Assembly (NCBI GenBank): GCA_032718475.1
Contig: JAUCBJ010001786.1
Span: 25,226 to 89,225 of the forward strand
DNA: 64,000 nucleotides
DNA from: Nemertoderma westbladi
Taxonomy: Eukaryota > Animalia > Xenacoelomorpha
Direction: 5' to 3'
Shown: positions 1-11,661 of the stretch, in pieces
Layout: the number at the start of each line of letters is the position of its first letter
Numbering within the stretch: position 1 is the stretch's first letter
Translations under genes and position numbers: made by a program
Notes under the pieces: generated by a model
The model's database searches: none
What the model was told of the DNA's origin: nothing
What the model saw: the letters and a program-made list of their open reading frames with translations, nothing else

Positions 1-1320
1 GAGCGTTGTGAATTTCCCCAGTATTATTGTGGGTGACTTTAATTTGCCAGACCTTGACTGGGAAAATGTATCCCACCCAGACAATGAAGTCTACAACAGT
101 TTTGGTGACCTTGTTTTAGAGAGCAGCTTAACCCAGCTGTAGCTCAAACCATCTCATGGGAACAACATTCTTGACCTCGTCCTGACTACAGACAATTCGG
201 CAGTTTCAAATGTAGATATTTCCGAACCATTTTCTACAAGAAAGCACGCTACTGTTGTTTTTGATGTGATGTTTACTGTTACAGTAAACGATGATAACAA
301 TGTCCACTGTTTGGAGACAAACCACGATTTTCAAAACGGGGATTACAACGGCTTTAAAAAGTTCCCTTGTAACATTAAATGGAGAGATACATTTAACGAA
401 TGCTCTACAGTTAACGATTTCTATGAATGCTTTGCCAGGGTTTTAAAGTCCAGGATTGAAACATACATTCCTGTTAAAGAACGTCGCTCACAAAAACGCA
501 GCTACCCGGCGTACGTCTGTATTTTGCACAACGCTAAACGCCGTCTGTGGCGTAGAAGGCACACACCAGGTGGTATGGGCCACTACCAACAGGTATCCAA
601 GGACGCCTCTAAGACTGCACACCATGCTGCTTGTGAGCGGGAAGTTAAAATTCTCAGTTCTGGTAATCCAAATGCAGTTTACCGCTACATCAATAACAAG
701 AAATGTAACTGTGGCATTGGCTCTCTCAAGTACAATGGGAATGCTGTCATGGACAACTCCTTGCTTTTTCATCTGTGTGCAATGTAACGTCAGGTACACC
801 CCAGGGCAGTGTTAATTGGACATATTTATTAATGACTTACTTGAACTTTTGGTTTCTGTTGATGAGGTGAGATGAAACTTTTTGCCGATGAGGTGAAGTT
901 GTATTCAATATCTGATTGTAACCATTCTTTAGCTGATGCTCTGCAAGTTTTAGAAAATTGGGCTAGCGATTGGCAATTAAGTATTGCATCACACAAGCGC
1001 AGTGTAATTTACATTGGTACTTCTAATATTAAACACACTTATTATTTAAATGGTAGACAACTTGACAGCAATGTATTTTTTAAAGATTTAGGACTGAGAA
1101 TTTCATCTGACCTTAAGTTTTCTAAGTGCATTAAGGAGCAGGTAGCTAATGCTACAATAGTTATAAATATGCTATTTTGCAACATCAAACTCTTTTTTCA
1201 GTAGTGTTGTGACAATCTGGAACCAACTGCCATCGAATGTAGTCTAGTGCAAATCCTTGCAGTCTTTCTGTCGTGAAATCTCGACAAATTTTAATCTGAG
1301 ATCTTTTTGTAAATATGATA
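1..1320 (+). mobile_element. Decayed CR1/L2-type LINE ORF2 fragments (APE endonuclease end, linker, mostly deleted RT, C-terminus)
   Basis: Frame 1 reads IIVGDFNLPDLDW, later GNNILDLVLT (APE motifs). SGTPQGSV lies near 790, KLFADEVKLY (degenerate FADD) at 875 and KDLGLRISSDLKFSKCI near 1080. A VVTIWNQLP-type C-terminus follows near 1205. Stops, frameshifts and internal deletions are present. Confidence 0.85.
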
Positions 1321-1537
1321 CCTAATTATAAATTTTTTATTTATTTTTAATCTATGTTTCCTTTTATTTTAATCTATGTATCATTATTTTGTCTGTTAAA
1401 TTTTCTTTGTTTTTCCAGTTATTGCATTGTAAATAGTCTGTAAATATATGTAATTTCAAAACTAGTTATGTGTTTTGGTGCATCTGCAGCAGGTCACGTA
1501 AAAGACTTATGACAAGTATTAGCGACAGTACCTTTAA

Positions 1538-4500
1538 GGAGGCACAAAATTCTATGTGCCAACTTTATACTATTCACGCTTGTGTAAATCAACTGTGGAC
1601 ACCTTGTGTTTATTCTATCATGAAACAAAAAAACTCATGTTGCTTACAAAGATCTATTTAAATCGGTGCAACAATACTAGCCAGCCAGTTTAGATTTTTC
1701 ACACACATCAGATTCACATGAACCTACCTATATCTCAACTGATTTTGAATAGGGTGTGATGAATTCAATGAAGAGTTTATTCTCTAATACTCACCGGGCG
1801 CGGGCAGGTTGTTTATTCCATTTAGGTCAAATATTTTTATGGCAGTAGGCACAATCGGTTGGCCTACAAAGTGTATTCTGTGTCAAAGAAGAGGTGCAGC
1901 TTGGAAGGGATTTCCATTCGCTTGTTGCATCGACCTTCGTTCTAACTGATCATGTTTGAAATGTATTTGATATACTGGTCAATAATATTGACAACCGCAT
2001 ACAATCTGTATCATTTTCACCTCCATGATAATTATATTCATGGGTGTCTAATGGACATCTAACGTCATGGGAAAGTTTATTCCTGCCAGTTTTCCAGTAA
2101 AAGTAAGGATGAACTGCTACAATCGAGTAATTCGCATTTACCAAGAACTACAAATACTGCCATAGATGGGTTTAGATTTCGATGTGCATTTCGATTTCGA
2201 TGTGCATTTCAAGTTTAATGCTGCTTTTAACATTTTAGCCGACTCTCTGCCACGCAAGCGTTTGGTGGATTAATTAGTAAATCTAAATGTATAGGCGATA
2301 TTGATACGTACACTGTACACTAAACTAACTTAGATTACGGTGCTAGTGTTTGGGGTTACCATCTGAGATAGCAGCTAATTTAACTGTTCTACCATCAACC
2401 GGTGGCATGGAAGGTTACGATATTGTAGGAACTGGAATTATAAAGAAATTGATTGCGGATATACATTCATCTACACATTGTGGCGGTACAGTGGAAGTTA
2501 GCGAAACTTCTCATCGTGGTTACAGTGTCAAATATGAGGGCATGTGTGATTGTTGTGGTTGGATTTATTCAACAGACACAAGCAGCGTTGTTGACGTACC
2601 CAAACCTGGATCGGGCCGGATAACTGCCGATGTGAATCTCAGATCAGTTTTAGCCTGGCTTTGCATTGGAGGAACTCAGTGGGACGCTGAAACTTTCTCC
2701 CGAGTTATGTCACTGCCATCGCCAGTGGCTAAACGAGCGTGACGGTTGAAAGTTGATGCTATATCCGAAACAACAGAAGCTCTGGCCCGTGGAAACGCTC
2801 TAAATTGCGCGCAGAAGGAATCGGATACCGTGATATGTGTCTCTTTCGATGGAACCTGGATGCGACATGGCCACCAATCACTATATGGAGTTGCCTTTAT
2901 TATATCAGAAAGTACAGGCCATGTACTTGATTTTGATGTTTGCTCCAAGTACTGTAGTGTATGTTGCCGCCAACAGGTTGTCGAAGAGGGACATGACTGC
3001 AATATAAATTATACCGGATCAAGTTCAGGGATGGAGCCGCAGTTGGCAGTCCAGATGTTTGGTAGATCTGTAGTAACCAATGGCTTGGTGTATGGGTCCA
3101 TTGTGTCGGATGGTGACAGCAGTGTGCTGAAGGCCATATTAGAGTCTGATCCATATAAGGACCAGAATGTAACCGTTGAGAAGAAGGAATGCATAAACCA
3201 TGTCTCCAAGCGTTTATTTACCGGTCTTTCCAATGTACGTAAGACACACAAGCTCGGGGGGAGAGGAGGTCTTACTGAGAAGCGGTGCCACCAGCTTCAA
3301 TCGTTTTATAGAAACGCAATAGTAAATAATATATCTGGAGTCGATATAGATAATCTTACCGATAATGAGAAATCCAATCTAATAGAAACTATACGAACAG
3401 AAGTGATTACAGCTGCCCATCATTATTGTGACTACGGCGATAATAATATTGAGAAACGTCATCAGTTCTGCCCTAACAATAAGTGGTGTAAATTTCGGAA
3501 CAAGGATCCCAGTTATAAGGTAGTTACTATAGTAAAGGAAATCAACTTGAAATTTATCTTGCAAGTGTACCAACGCCTTACAACAGATCAGCTTCTAGAA
3601 CGCTGTATTCCTGGCCTGACTCAGAATCGGAATGAGTCAATACATTCCAGATTGTGGACTCGCCTTTCTAAGGAGTCATGTGTGGGCCTAAAAACCCTTA
3701 TGTTTCATGTGTCGTATGCTGTTCTGATCCACAATAGGGGTTGCAGTGCCGAGCAATTGATATTGAAGAAACTCGGACTGGAAGAAGACGATGGTGACAT
3801 GGCTGAAAGAGCAGAGGCGGCAAACAATAGAAGGAGGTCAAAGAGTGCAGAGCTCAAGCACTCAAAAAAGTGGGAGGCACCTGACCCAAAAAACTATTCA
3901 TCGGGATCCTTTTAACCTTTTAGATTTAGATTATGACGTAATTTATAGGCTGTATTTTTAATTTTTTTAGATCTTATGTTCCATATTTTTAAATATAACT
4001 AATTTTATATTTCGAATATTCGAGTTTTTACTGTGGTTATTCCAGTTACCATTATCATATTTGCATTCTGTGGAAAGTGTAGAATATTTAGGAAAAAAAA
4101 ATTATTAAAAATCGTCAACAGCAAGCGATTTAAATTGAAATTTAAGAAATTTTTTTGTAATAAAATATTAAAGTATAACATAAAATAGCATTTATTTCAA
4201 TATTGATTTTTTCAAATGAAAAATGCTAAGGCTTTGCCAAAAATCAATGTAACAAGCTGATTTTTTGTACACATGATGCCTAGGTTGTCGTCTACAAATC
4301 CTACAGACAGAATTTCTATATCCTCACAAGTTCTTGATTTATTTTGAAAAATATCTCATTTTTTCGACTTTTTCACTTTTTTTCGTGCGAAAATGGTCCC
4401 TTTTGGTGTTTTTACACTTTTTGACAAAATATTAAAATTTTGTCTGTACAGCTTGTTTAGGGTGACCTAAATAAGAGCTCACCGAATTTTTGTCCTTGTG

Positions 4501-4710
4501 CAATATTTTTTATAGAAGCCTTAGTGATTTTTAGAGATTCCGCATTTTTTGCCAAAATTTTGTGTATATTTAAAATTTTCAATTTTTTTTTCCTTTTTCG
4601 TCAATTCCGACCTTTTATACAAGATATGTCAAAATCTCAAAGTAATACATTTATTACTTCAGTCTAGCTTTACATTTCAAATATGTATTGTCTTTTATTA
4701 TCCTCCCCCC
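1538..4710 (+). mobile_element. Kolobok/Mutator-like DNA transposon (boundaries tentative)
   Basis: Contains the transposase below. The right end ...CCTCCCCCC|TTAA (4710) fits Kolobok RR..YY termini with a TTAA target. The candidate left end TTAA|GGAGGC (1538) matches the right end only weakly. Confidence 0.5.
2350..3915 (+). pseudogene. Mutator-like/Kolobok DDE transposase with one in-frame TGA (2740-2742)
   Basis: ORFs 2350-2742 and 2746-3915 are in the same frame. Motifs: SFDGTW (D1), SKYCSVC..HDC, GSSSGME, SDGDSS (D2), ECINHVSKR, HQFCPNNKWC, TQNRNES (E). Confidence 0.85.
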
Positions 4711-4759
4711 TTAATTAAATTATCGAGAAGCCGTAAAGGTGTGCACAATGTCGCACTGA

Positions 4760-4930
4760 GATATTATTTAGGAGTGTATAGGTTTACACCAAATCTAGCT
4801 GTAGGCAGAGGGCAAAGGCGGTTGGAACTCTTTCAAACAGCGTCATTCTGTATCAATGTGCAAATTTTGGAATAGGTTGGTTTCTATGAATGATCCCAGA
4901 ATTACTAAAAGGGTTTTACATTTTTTTTAT
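4760..4930 (+). mobile_element. LINE ORF2 C-terminal fragment (RTEX-like, tentative)
   Basis: YYLGVYRFTPNLAVG and KFWNRLVSMNDPRITKRV resemble the post-RT region of RTEX-type LINEs. A further part of such an element lies at 23930-24310. Confidence 0.5.
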
Positions 4931-4989
4931 GTTTTAAATTTGAATATAACTCTATATACGCAGAATATAATAGAACAGAATAGAATATA

Positions 4990-5380
4990 TACGCTCCCTT
5001 GGTCAAATGGCAAAGACCTCGTGTGGGACTTTACCTGCACCCATCGCCTTGCCGCCTCATACTCAAATACCGCATGCTTAGATTGCTCAACAGTCGCTGA
5101 ATTGGCAGAAGGGCGGAAGCTTGCTAAGTATTGGAACTTTTTCAAACACTACTTAGTCCAGTCTGTCACTGTGGAGACGCTTGGTAGCATAGGCCCTTCA
5201 TCCTTGTCGTTCCTTCAGCAGTTAGCCCACCGCTTGGAGAAGGTCAGCGGCAACAAGAGGCCTACACAATTCCTGCGTCAACACCTTGGGTAGCAATCCA
5301 AGCTGGGAATGCCTCTTGCATAAAGGAGTCATTCAACCTCCCCAAGAACCGCTGCTTCCGGGTGACCAACGTGGCACCTT
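4990..5380 (+). mobile_element. 3' fragment of a CRE-like non-LTR retrotransposon (restriction-like endonuclease domain)
   Basis: LPWSNGKDLVWDFTC...AEGRKLAKY...VETLGSIG...FLRQHLG, then AIQAGNA in a shifted frame. This is the typical C-terminal RLE signature of CRE-clade elements. Confidence 0.75.
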
Positions 5381-5940
5381 AATCCAATCCTATCCTCTCC
5401 CTCCCTCCATTATTTTAATTTTAAATTTCTTTGCCCTATTCTGTACATTTTAATTAATTCGAAACAAATATTCAAATTATGTAGTACTGTACAATCAGTG
5501 TTTATATTATTTATTAATAATGTTTTACTCATCGTGCTTGTTTTGTAGTTGGTGTATTAGCCATGAAATATACTTTTAGCTAATTGATAAATAAAAAATC
5601 GATAGGATGGTACAGTGAATTACAGGCAATTTTTCAGGTAGTTGTGACGGGATCAAGGGATCCCGACCGGGTTTAGCAAGTACGCGTCACAGCGGGCTGA
5701 TGGATGGGCGCGATAGAATGTGGAATGTATAAACAGATAAGCTGTGAGTTTGATGTTCGACTGAAGTATAGTATAATATAGATAAAAGTATGCCACAGTT
5801 GATTGCTGATATATGATAGATACAGGTACCGGTAAGATAACAGGGTATACAGCACCGCAATGGCGGTCGAAATATGTCGCCGGTCCACGGTAAACTGGTC
5901 ACTGAGTAAACTGACCAGTAGTGGGGCATGCAACATAATA

Positions 5941-5958
5941 TTATGCAAATAGTTGTCA

Positions 5959-6022
<64 letters not shown>

Positions 6023-6413
6023 TGTCGTCGTCGTCGTTATGATTTTGACATGCTAATAACTTTGTCGGATTTAAAGCTGCCAAGTTGAAAATTTGTAGGT
6101 ATCAATATGAGCAAAAGTTGAGATTTTTGAGAGACTTTCAGACACCATCAGTGCAATGGTCTCCCGCTAGAGGGCCACATGTCTAAACATTAAATGCCCT
6201 CCCATTTCTTTGCTTTTAATCCGTTTAAGCTGAAACTTGGCAGATATGTATTAGACCATTAGCTGTGACTTTCAAAGGAGGCGAATCCATCTGCAGTTCT
6301 CCAGTCTGCCGCTAGAGGGCCAACGTGACTATTTGCATAAATTGACCTACCCCTAACAGTGTCAATTCGCTAAGGCTCTGCCAACTTCGTGCTGCGCGAA
6401 GTCCCCACTTCGT
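5941..6413 (+). mobile_element. Helentron/DINE-like non-autonomous element (probably 5'-truncated) inside the LTR
   Basis: Absent from the other LTR. Inverted repeat TTATGCAAATAGT / ACTATTTGCATAA, internal (GTC)n microsatellite, 3' palindrome ACTTCGTGCTGCGCGAAGT, no TSD. Confidence 0.6.
5957..6037. repeat. (GTC)n microsatellite
   Basis: About 27 GTC/GTT units. It accounts for the spurious poly-Asp ORF 5673-6083. Confidence 0.95.
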
Positions 6414-6700
6414 GTTACTCAGCTGATGCCTGCCCCCATTGGCTAGTAACCTACTTCACACCCTCTGCCCTGTGGGGGTGTTCCCCCCCCCCCCCCGCTG
6501 CTGTTACTTTCCTCTCTCTCAGGGGTGTAACCCCTGACCCCTATTGTGTGTGTGTTCTCTGGGGCCTATTGTCCCCGTTTACTGGGGTGACACGAGGTTG
6601 ATATTGGTAATCAACCTCGTGCTCCCAATATTGCTTAGAGGCGCTCTTTCCCACTTTATGGGGGTTGATGTGGCGGAATTGAATACGCTCACACTCCCCC

Positions 6701-8205
6701 TCTTCGCGGTATTTCAACTTTTCATAACGCGAGTTGAATATTTTTTGAATTTATTTAAAATGATTATTCCGATATCACTACTGGGTGTGGGACCATGGGT
6801 TTTGGGCACATTCAATGAACTGGGGGCGATTTATGGGCGAATATTGGGGTGACTTACAGGGTACGGGAATAATTTCATGTTTATAAGGGCCAGGGGTGGG
6901 AGGAAAAGTTAAGCAGTATTCAGGTTAGCCTGAGTACTATTAGGCCCTGGCCAACTTCCTGCTGCCTGTAGAGGTGGATTTGGTAATGCGCCAGGCCTAA
7001 AGGACAAGCACTGCCCTTAGCGGTCCCTGCCCAACAGCAGTTATTACGAGCCTGAAAAGGACATCGGAAAGTCTGCTGCTTGTGCCAGGGATTCGCGACG
7101 GGAAACGACAGCCCCCTTAGCTAAGCCGTACTGGTTCTCGATGACCAATCCCTTCGGGGTTTGCGAGGGGTGGGACGGACATGCGAAAGGGTTGGCCGAC
7201 TTACAGAGGAAGGGTTTGACGAGGACTGCCCTTAGTGGTCTCTGGTCAACAGCAGTTATTACGAGCCTGAAAAGGACATCAGAACGCCGGCTGCTTGTGC
7301 CAGGGATTTGCGACGGGAACCGACGACAGACCCCTTAGCCAAGCCGTACTGGTTCTCGATAATCATTCCCTTCGGGGTTCGTGAGGGGTGGGACGGACAC
7401 GCGACGGGGTCAAAAGACAAAGGACTGGACTCTACTGGCCTACCGACTGTTCGGAGCAGTTTCTCGGCTGCCGAAGCGACTACGAGCCTGAATAAGGTCT
7501 CGGAAAGCCTAGGTGGTTGGGTCTCTGCGATGAACCGACGGACCCCTAGCCAAGCCGTACTGGTTCTCGATGATTGAACCCTTCGGGGTTCGGGAGGGGT
7601 GGGACGGACACGCGAACGGGTCCACCGACATGACAGACTCCTAGCCAAGCCGTACTGGTTCTCGATGATTGATCCCTTTGAGGTTCGGGAGGGGTGGGAC
7701 GGATAAGCGACAGAGTCTACCGACTGGACCGACCCTTAGCCAAGCCGTGCTGGTTCTCGATGGTCGATCCCTTCGGGGTTCGGGAGGGGTGGAACGGACA
7801 CGCAACAGGGTCGACCGACACCGACACTACGGCACTAAGACTAGGACCGAGGGAAAATCTGGGGAACATTAGGTAGGCTAAAATCTGAGCTAACAGTGGG
7901 TAATTAAATAATATACTGTAGGGATTTATATTGTCGTGTATAATTATATTGAATATTTGGTGTATATTGATTTGGGGAATTAATTTATCAATTATCATTT
8001 AATTATCAATCAGGGTTCAACTGTAGGAAGTTACATTAAAGAGTATATCCAACCAATGCAACTTTTCCTCAACCGCAATCCTGCATTTAAGATATCATTC
8101 CTTCTCCACAATCAATATCCGGTGACTGGCCGGGACTCTGTGGTCTGTAAAGTCACGTCTCCAGCATCGGCGTTTTCCCCCCTGGTGTTTGGGATAACGG
8201 CAACA
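6701..8205 (+). repeat. 5' LTR of BEL/Pao element (~1.5 kb, contains hairpin array)
   Basis: Aligns end to end with 16687-18178. Roughly 30-40 substitutions (by eye, many at CpG) and small indels near 7925-8000. Confidence 0.95.
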
Positions 8206-8625
8206 AAATTGATAATTAAACGCGGCCAACTTCAACTGGTAGAAGTTGGGAATTCTACAATACTCTTCAAACTCTCTCCGTGCTTACCCAGCACCCACTA
8301 CGAGGAAACTCTGGTATTTGATTAATCAAATTTAGATTAATCATAATTTGTTTAATTAATCAACAAACTCGATCTAACCAACTCGTAGTCGGCAGATCAC
8401 ATATTGGAGAGTTGTTAACAGGGAATGGAAGTATCGATCACACCTATTGATATCATCCAAGTTGAGCCAGGAATCTGGCACGTTGAGGTGGAAGTACAAG
8501 GAACGAACGTCGGATGATTCAGGATTACCGTTCGGGTGGTCCAGTCTGAGTACAATACCTACGAGGAACTATTCTACAACATCGCATATCTAGCTATCAA
8601 CGAGGCATTGGAATGATGGCGAACA

Positions 8626-11600
8626 ATGTATCCGATACCGATGAGATGGACCACCATACAGATTCGGAAGCCGACGAGGTACCGAAATGTCAAGAACATG
8701 ACCCGTCGACTAGGGGCTCTCAAGGGCGGAGTAACTCGAGCGTATCAACGGATAGAGAAACAACTCAAGGGAGTCAAAACCCCCCTCAACGAGATACAAA
8801 CTCAGCTTCAGAGTATCCGAAACATCTTACAGCGATATGAAAGAATGATACAGTCGTACCAAGAGCTCGTTCCCTCCACCGATCAGGAAAACTATCCCAG
8901 GTTAGAAGAACACGTTGTACATCTAGATGGGTTCCGCAAACAACACCGGAGGACCCTTAGCCTTGTGAGAGGCTACGAAGAACAGTACTACAAGAGAGCC
9001 GAAAGAGCAGATGCAGAATCAGTGCGAACCTCCAGCACCAGGACAGCAAAACATCAAAGGAGATCGGGGTCCTCGAGAAACCAGCACTCCAGCGCGAGCG
9101 CGGTGTCCGGTTCAGCACACAGCTCTCAAGCGGGTCAACCACTCCAAGACCAGCTACGAGAACGGAAGGCATTAGCCCTCAAAGCTCGGATGGAAGATGA
9201 GTATATTCAACTGCAAGCCGAGCAAGATGTATTAGCCGCCAAAACGCAAAAACGAGAGGCCGAACAAGCAGCCGAACGGCAGGCCAAACAACGCAAACAG
9301 GAGGCTGAACAACATAGACGAGAGGCCGAACGGCAGGCCGAACAACGCAAACAGGAGGCCGAACGACGCGAACAGGAGGCTGAACAACATAGACGAGAGG
9401 CCGAACGGCAGGCCGAACAACGCAAACAGGAGACTGAACAACGTGGACGAGAGGCCGAACGAGAGATCAAACAACGTAAATGGGAAGCAGAAATGTGTAA
9501 ACAACACGCCGAGGCCCAAGCGATTCTCATCCACAAAAAGAATGCGGATATTGCAAAACTCACGGAATACGAAGCCGCACTTATAGAACGAGATATTCAA
9601 CTCTACGAGGACTGGGAAAGGGATATAGATCAGGAATATGAACCAATCCCGGTACCGGAATTAGAGAAGTCATTTATACCGACAGCGGCGAAACTTCCGA
9701 AACCCGAGATCCCGCCTACCAAACAGTCTACGTTATCGGCACAAGCACCGGTGTTCCATCCCCCACCGGCTACGCTTAAAAATGAGGAACTGTATTTCCC
9801 ATCCAACCACACGGCAACGAGTGTACCCAAGTACGAGCCTGAAAGGGACTCGGAACGGGACGCCACTCCTCAATCCAACAACTCGTTTACATCCACACCA
9901 CAAACCCGTAGTTGCGTCATCATTAAAACTCCACCTATCATTGATCCATCGAGTATGGGAGAGAGTGCTAATAACTATAACCCTCCGAACCACTCCAGTT
10001 CAGACGACGTCGGCATTATCCGGGCATTGGAAAACCGCCTCTCCATGCCCAAGATGGAGATCCGCACCTTTGATGGAGATCCCGTCGATTACCTCAGATT
10101 CAAGAAACGGTTCTTTGCGCAGATTGGATCAACGGACATAGCCGACGCACAGAAACTGGTATATTTATCGCAATACCTGGGTGACAAACCACGTCAAATC
10201 ATCGCTTGTTTTGAGGGAGGTTCTCATGAAGCATACTACGACGCATGGAAAACTCTAGACAAAAGATACGGAAATACCGGGACTATAATTAATAAAACTC
10301 TAGAGAAACTGATACAAGACGCGGGATCACTAGGGGAACCACAGAACATCCAGGAATTCTCAGACTCCATGAAGGATGCCTACTACACTCTAAAACCCTT
10401 AAATAAGGAGGACCAGGTGAACAACATCCTAAACCTTCGACAGATCGCCCGGAAGTTCCCCGGATGGCTGCAAAGCAAGTGGGCCTATAAATGCGTAGAT
10501 CTCCGGCGCAGACACCCAGATCGAGATCCCAGCTTCCTTGAAATGTCAGCATTCCTGGACGATATCTCCGAAGCCATGAATGATTCGATGTTCTCGAAAC
10601 AGAGTCTCGCCAAGTTGGACGGAATAGAGAGCAACTCCAGGAGTAAGACACCCACTCAGAAACCGAGATTCCGCCCTCCTCCGGTGAGTACGATGGCCAT
10701 CACCATGGCAGAGAATTCCGACGACGAAAACTACGAGGAACCGACATCAGCCGAGGAATGGGCATGTTATCTCGCGAATTGGGCACCCGAGAGGGAAGAC
10801 ATCACAAACCCCCTTCTCTGTCTCTACTGTGGAGAGAAACATAAAGTTGAATTCTGCAGGAAGTTCCAGTTTGCTGAACTCGTCCCACGCTTCGAGGCGA
10901 TTATGAAACACCGAGGATGCTTCTGGTGTCTTGGAACAGGTCACTACGTTCGGGATTGCGACCAAAGGTCGTGTTGTGCAGTTTGTAACAACCTACGTCA
11001 TCACACGCTCCTCCACATCCCCGCAAACTTTGACTTCACCACTCTCCCCTTCCGGATTGCAGCCAAACGAAGAGGAGAAACGAACCACATCTCCAAAGGA
11101 TCCCGGACGATTCAACGAAGGGAAACTAACCCGTTTAAAACCTCCACTAACGCATCACAAGTGACAAATATCTCAACCACGATCAACCTTATAAATCGCC
11201 GTTATATGGTCTTCACCAAGGTAATCCCAGTAAGAATTCAGGGAGTCGGCAAATCCTTGACAACGCTCGCGTTCCTTGATAACGGGTCGGACGGAACCAT
11301 CATCGACCGGGATTTCCTCGAGCAACTCGGCCTAGACTATGAACCTTGCAAACGGCCCATACAAACTATTACCGACCACAGAGAGGTAGAATCCGGGGAG
11401 GTGCAACTCCAGATGGAAGGAGTAATGAAGGGCTACGAGACGGTTAAGCTCACCATCAAGAACGCCTTGGTACACACAGACCTCCGAGTGCAGTTCCGAC
11501 AATCGGCCGAGTACGCCCCCCTTATACAGCTAGATCGAGACGATGTAGACCTATGGTGCCCGTCGTTGGATGTAAACCGCATCACCCTACTGATCGGACT

Positions 11601-11661
11601 TGATACACCGGAATTACACATCCCCCACCGGAGATGTCGCCCAATCTATAAAACAGGATGA
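8626..11661 (+). CDS. gag: BEL/Pao Gag plus aspartic protease
   Basis: Coiled-coil N-terminus and DUF1759-like LSMPKMEIRTFDGDPVDYLRFKKRF. Triple Cys array CLYCGEKH...CFWCLGTGH..C..CAVC..HHTLLH. Protease motif AFLDNGSDGT. Confidence 0.92.
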   Translation: MYPIPMRWTTIQIRKPTRYRNVKNMTRRLGALKGGVTRAYQRIEKQLKGVKTPLNEIQTQLQSIRNILQRYERMIQSYQELVPSTDQENYPRLEEHVVHLDGFRKQHRRTLSLVRGYEEQYYKRAERADAESVRTSSTRTAKHQRRSGSSRNQHSSASAVSGSAHSSQAGQPLQDQLRERKALALKARMEDEYIQLQAEQDVLAAKTQKREAEQAAERQAKQRKQEAEQHRREAERQAEQRKQEAERREQEAEQHRREAERQAEQRKQETEQRGREAEREIKQRKWEAEMCKQHAEAQAILIHKKNADIAKLTEYEAALIERDIQLYEDWERDIDQEYEPIPVPELEKSFIPTAAKLPKPEIPPTKQSTLSAQAPVFHPPPATLKNEELYFPSNHTATSVPKYEPERDSERDATPQSNNSFTSTPQTRSCVIIKTPPIIDPSSMGESANNYNPPNHSSSDDVGIIRALENRLSMPKMEIRTFDGDPVDYLRFKKRFFAQIGSTDIADAQKLVYLSQYLGDKPRQIIACFEGGSHEAYYDAWKTLDKRYGNTGTIINKTLEKLIQDAGSLGEPQNIQEFSDSMKDAYYTLKPLNKEDQVNNILNLRQIARKFPGWLQSKWAYKCVDLRRRHPDRDPSFLEMSAFLDDISEAMNDSMFSKQSLAKLDGIESNSRSKTPTQKPRFRPPPVSTMAITMAENSDDENYEEPTSAEEWACYLANWAPEREDITNPLLCLYCGEKHKVEFCRKFQFAELVPRFEAIMKHRGCFWCLGTGHYVRDCDQRSCCAVCNNLRHHTLLHIPANFDFTTLPFRIAAKRRGETNHISKGSRTIQRRETNPFKTSTNASQVTNISTTINLINRRYMVFTKVIPVRIQGVGKSLTTLAFLDNGSDGTIIDRDFLEQLGLDYEPCKRPIQTITDHREVESGEVQLQMEGVMKGYETVKLTIKNALVHTDLRVQFRQSAEYAPLIQLDRDDVDLWCPSLDVNRITLLIGLDTPELHIPHRRCRPIYKTG
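9250..9470 (+). repeat. In-frame tandem repeats in gag (EAERQAEQRKQ / EAEQHRR units)
   Basis: Repeated gaggccgaacggcaggccgaacaacgcaaacag and gaggctgaacaacatagacga blocks encode a charged coiled coil. Confidence 0.85.

Larger units (their letters stand above)
5643..6693 (-). repeat. 3' LTR of outer element, interrupted by a ~470-bp insertion
   Basis: Near-identical to 23308-23916 apart from 5941-6413. Confidence 0.9.

Noticed and set aside
7109-7813. CRISPR-like repeat-spacer array
   Set aside because: Eukaryotic LTR context with no cas genes. The apparent spacers are mutually related and form the closing stems of the hairpins.
8425-8628. Selenocysteine readthrough of gag UGA codons using LTR AUGA/GA motifs as SECIS
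   Set aside because: The hairpins lack the 11-12 bp helix II and apical AAR of a SECIS, and CGA>TGA decay is more parsimonious.
11615-11661. Programmed gag-pol frameshift
   Set aside because: BEL/Pao elements usually have one ORF. A single extra C in the C-run near 11622 explains the shift (mutation or sequencing error).
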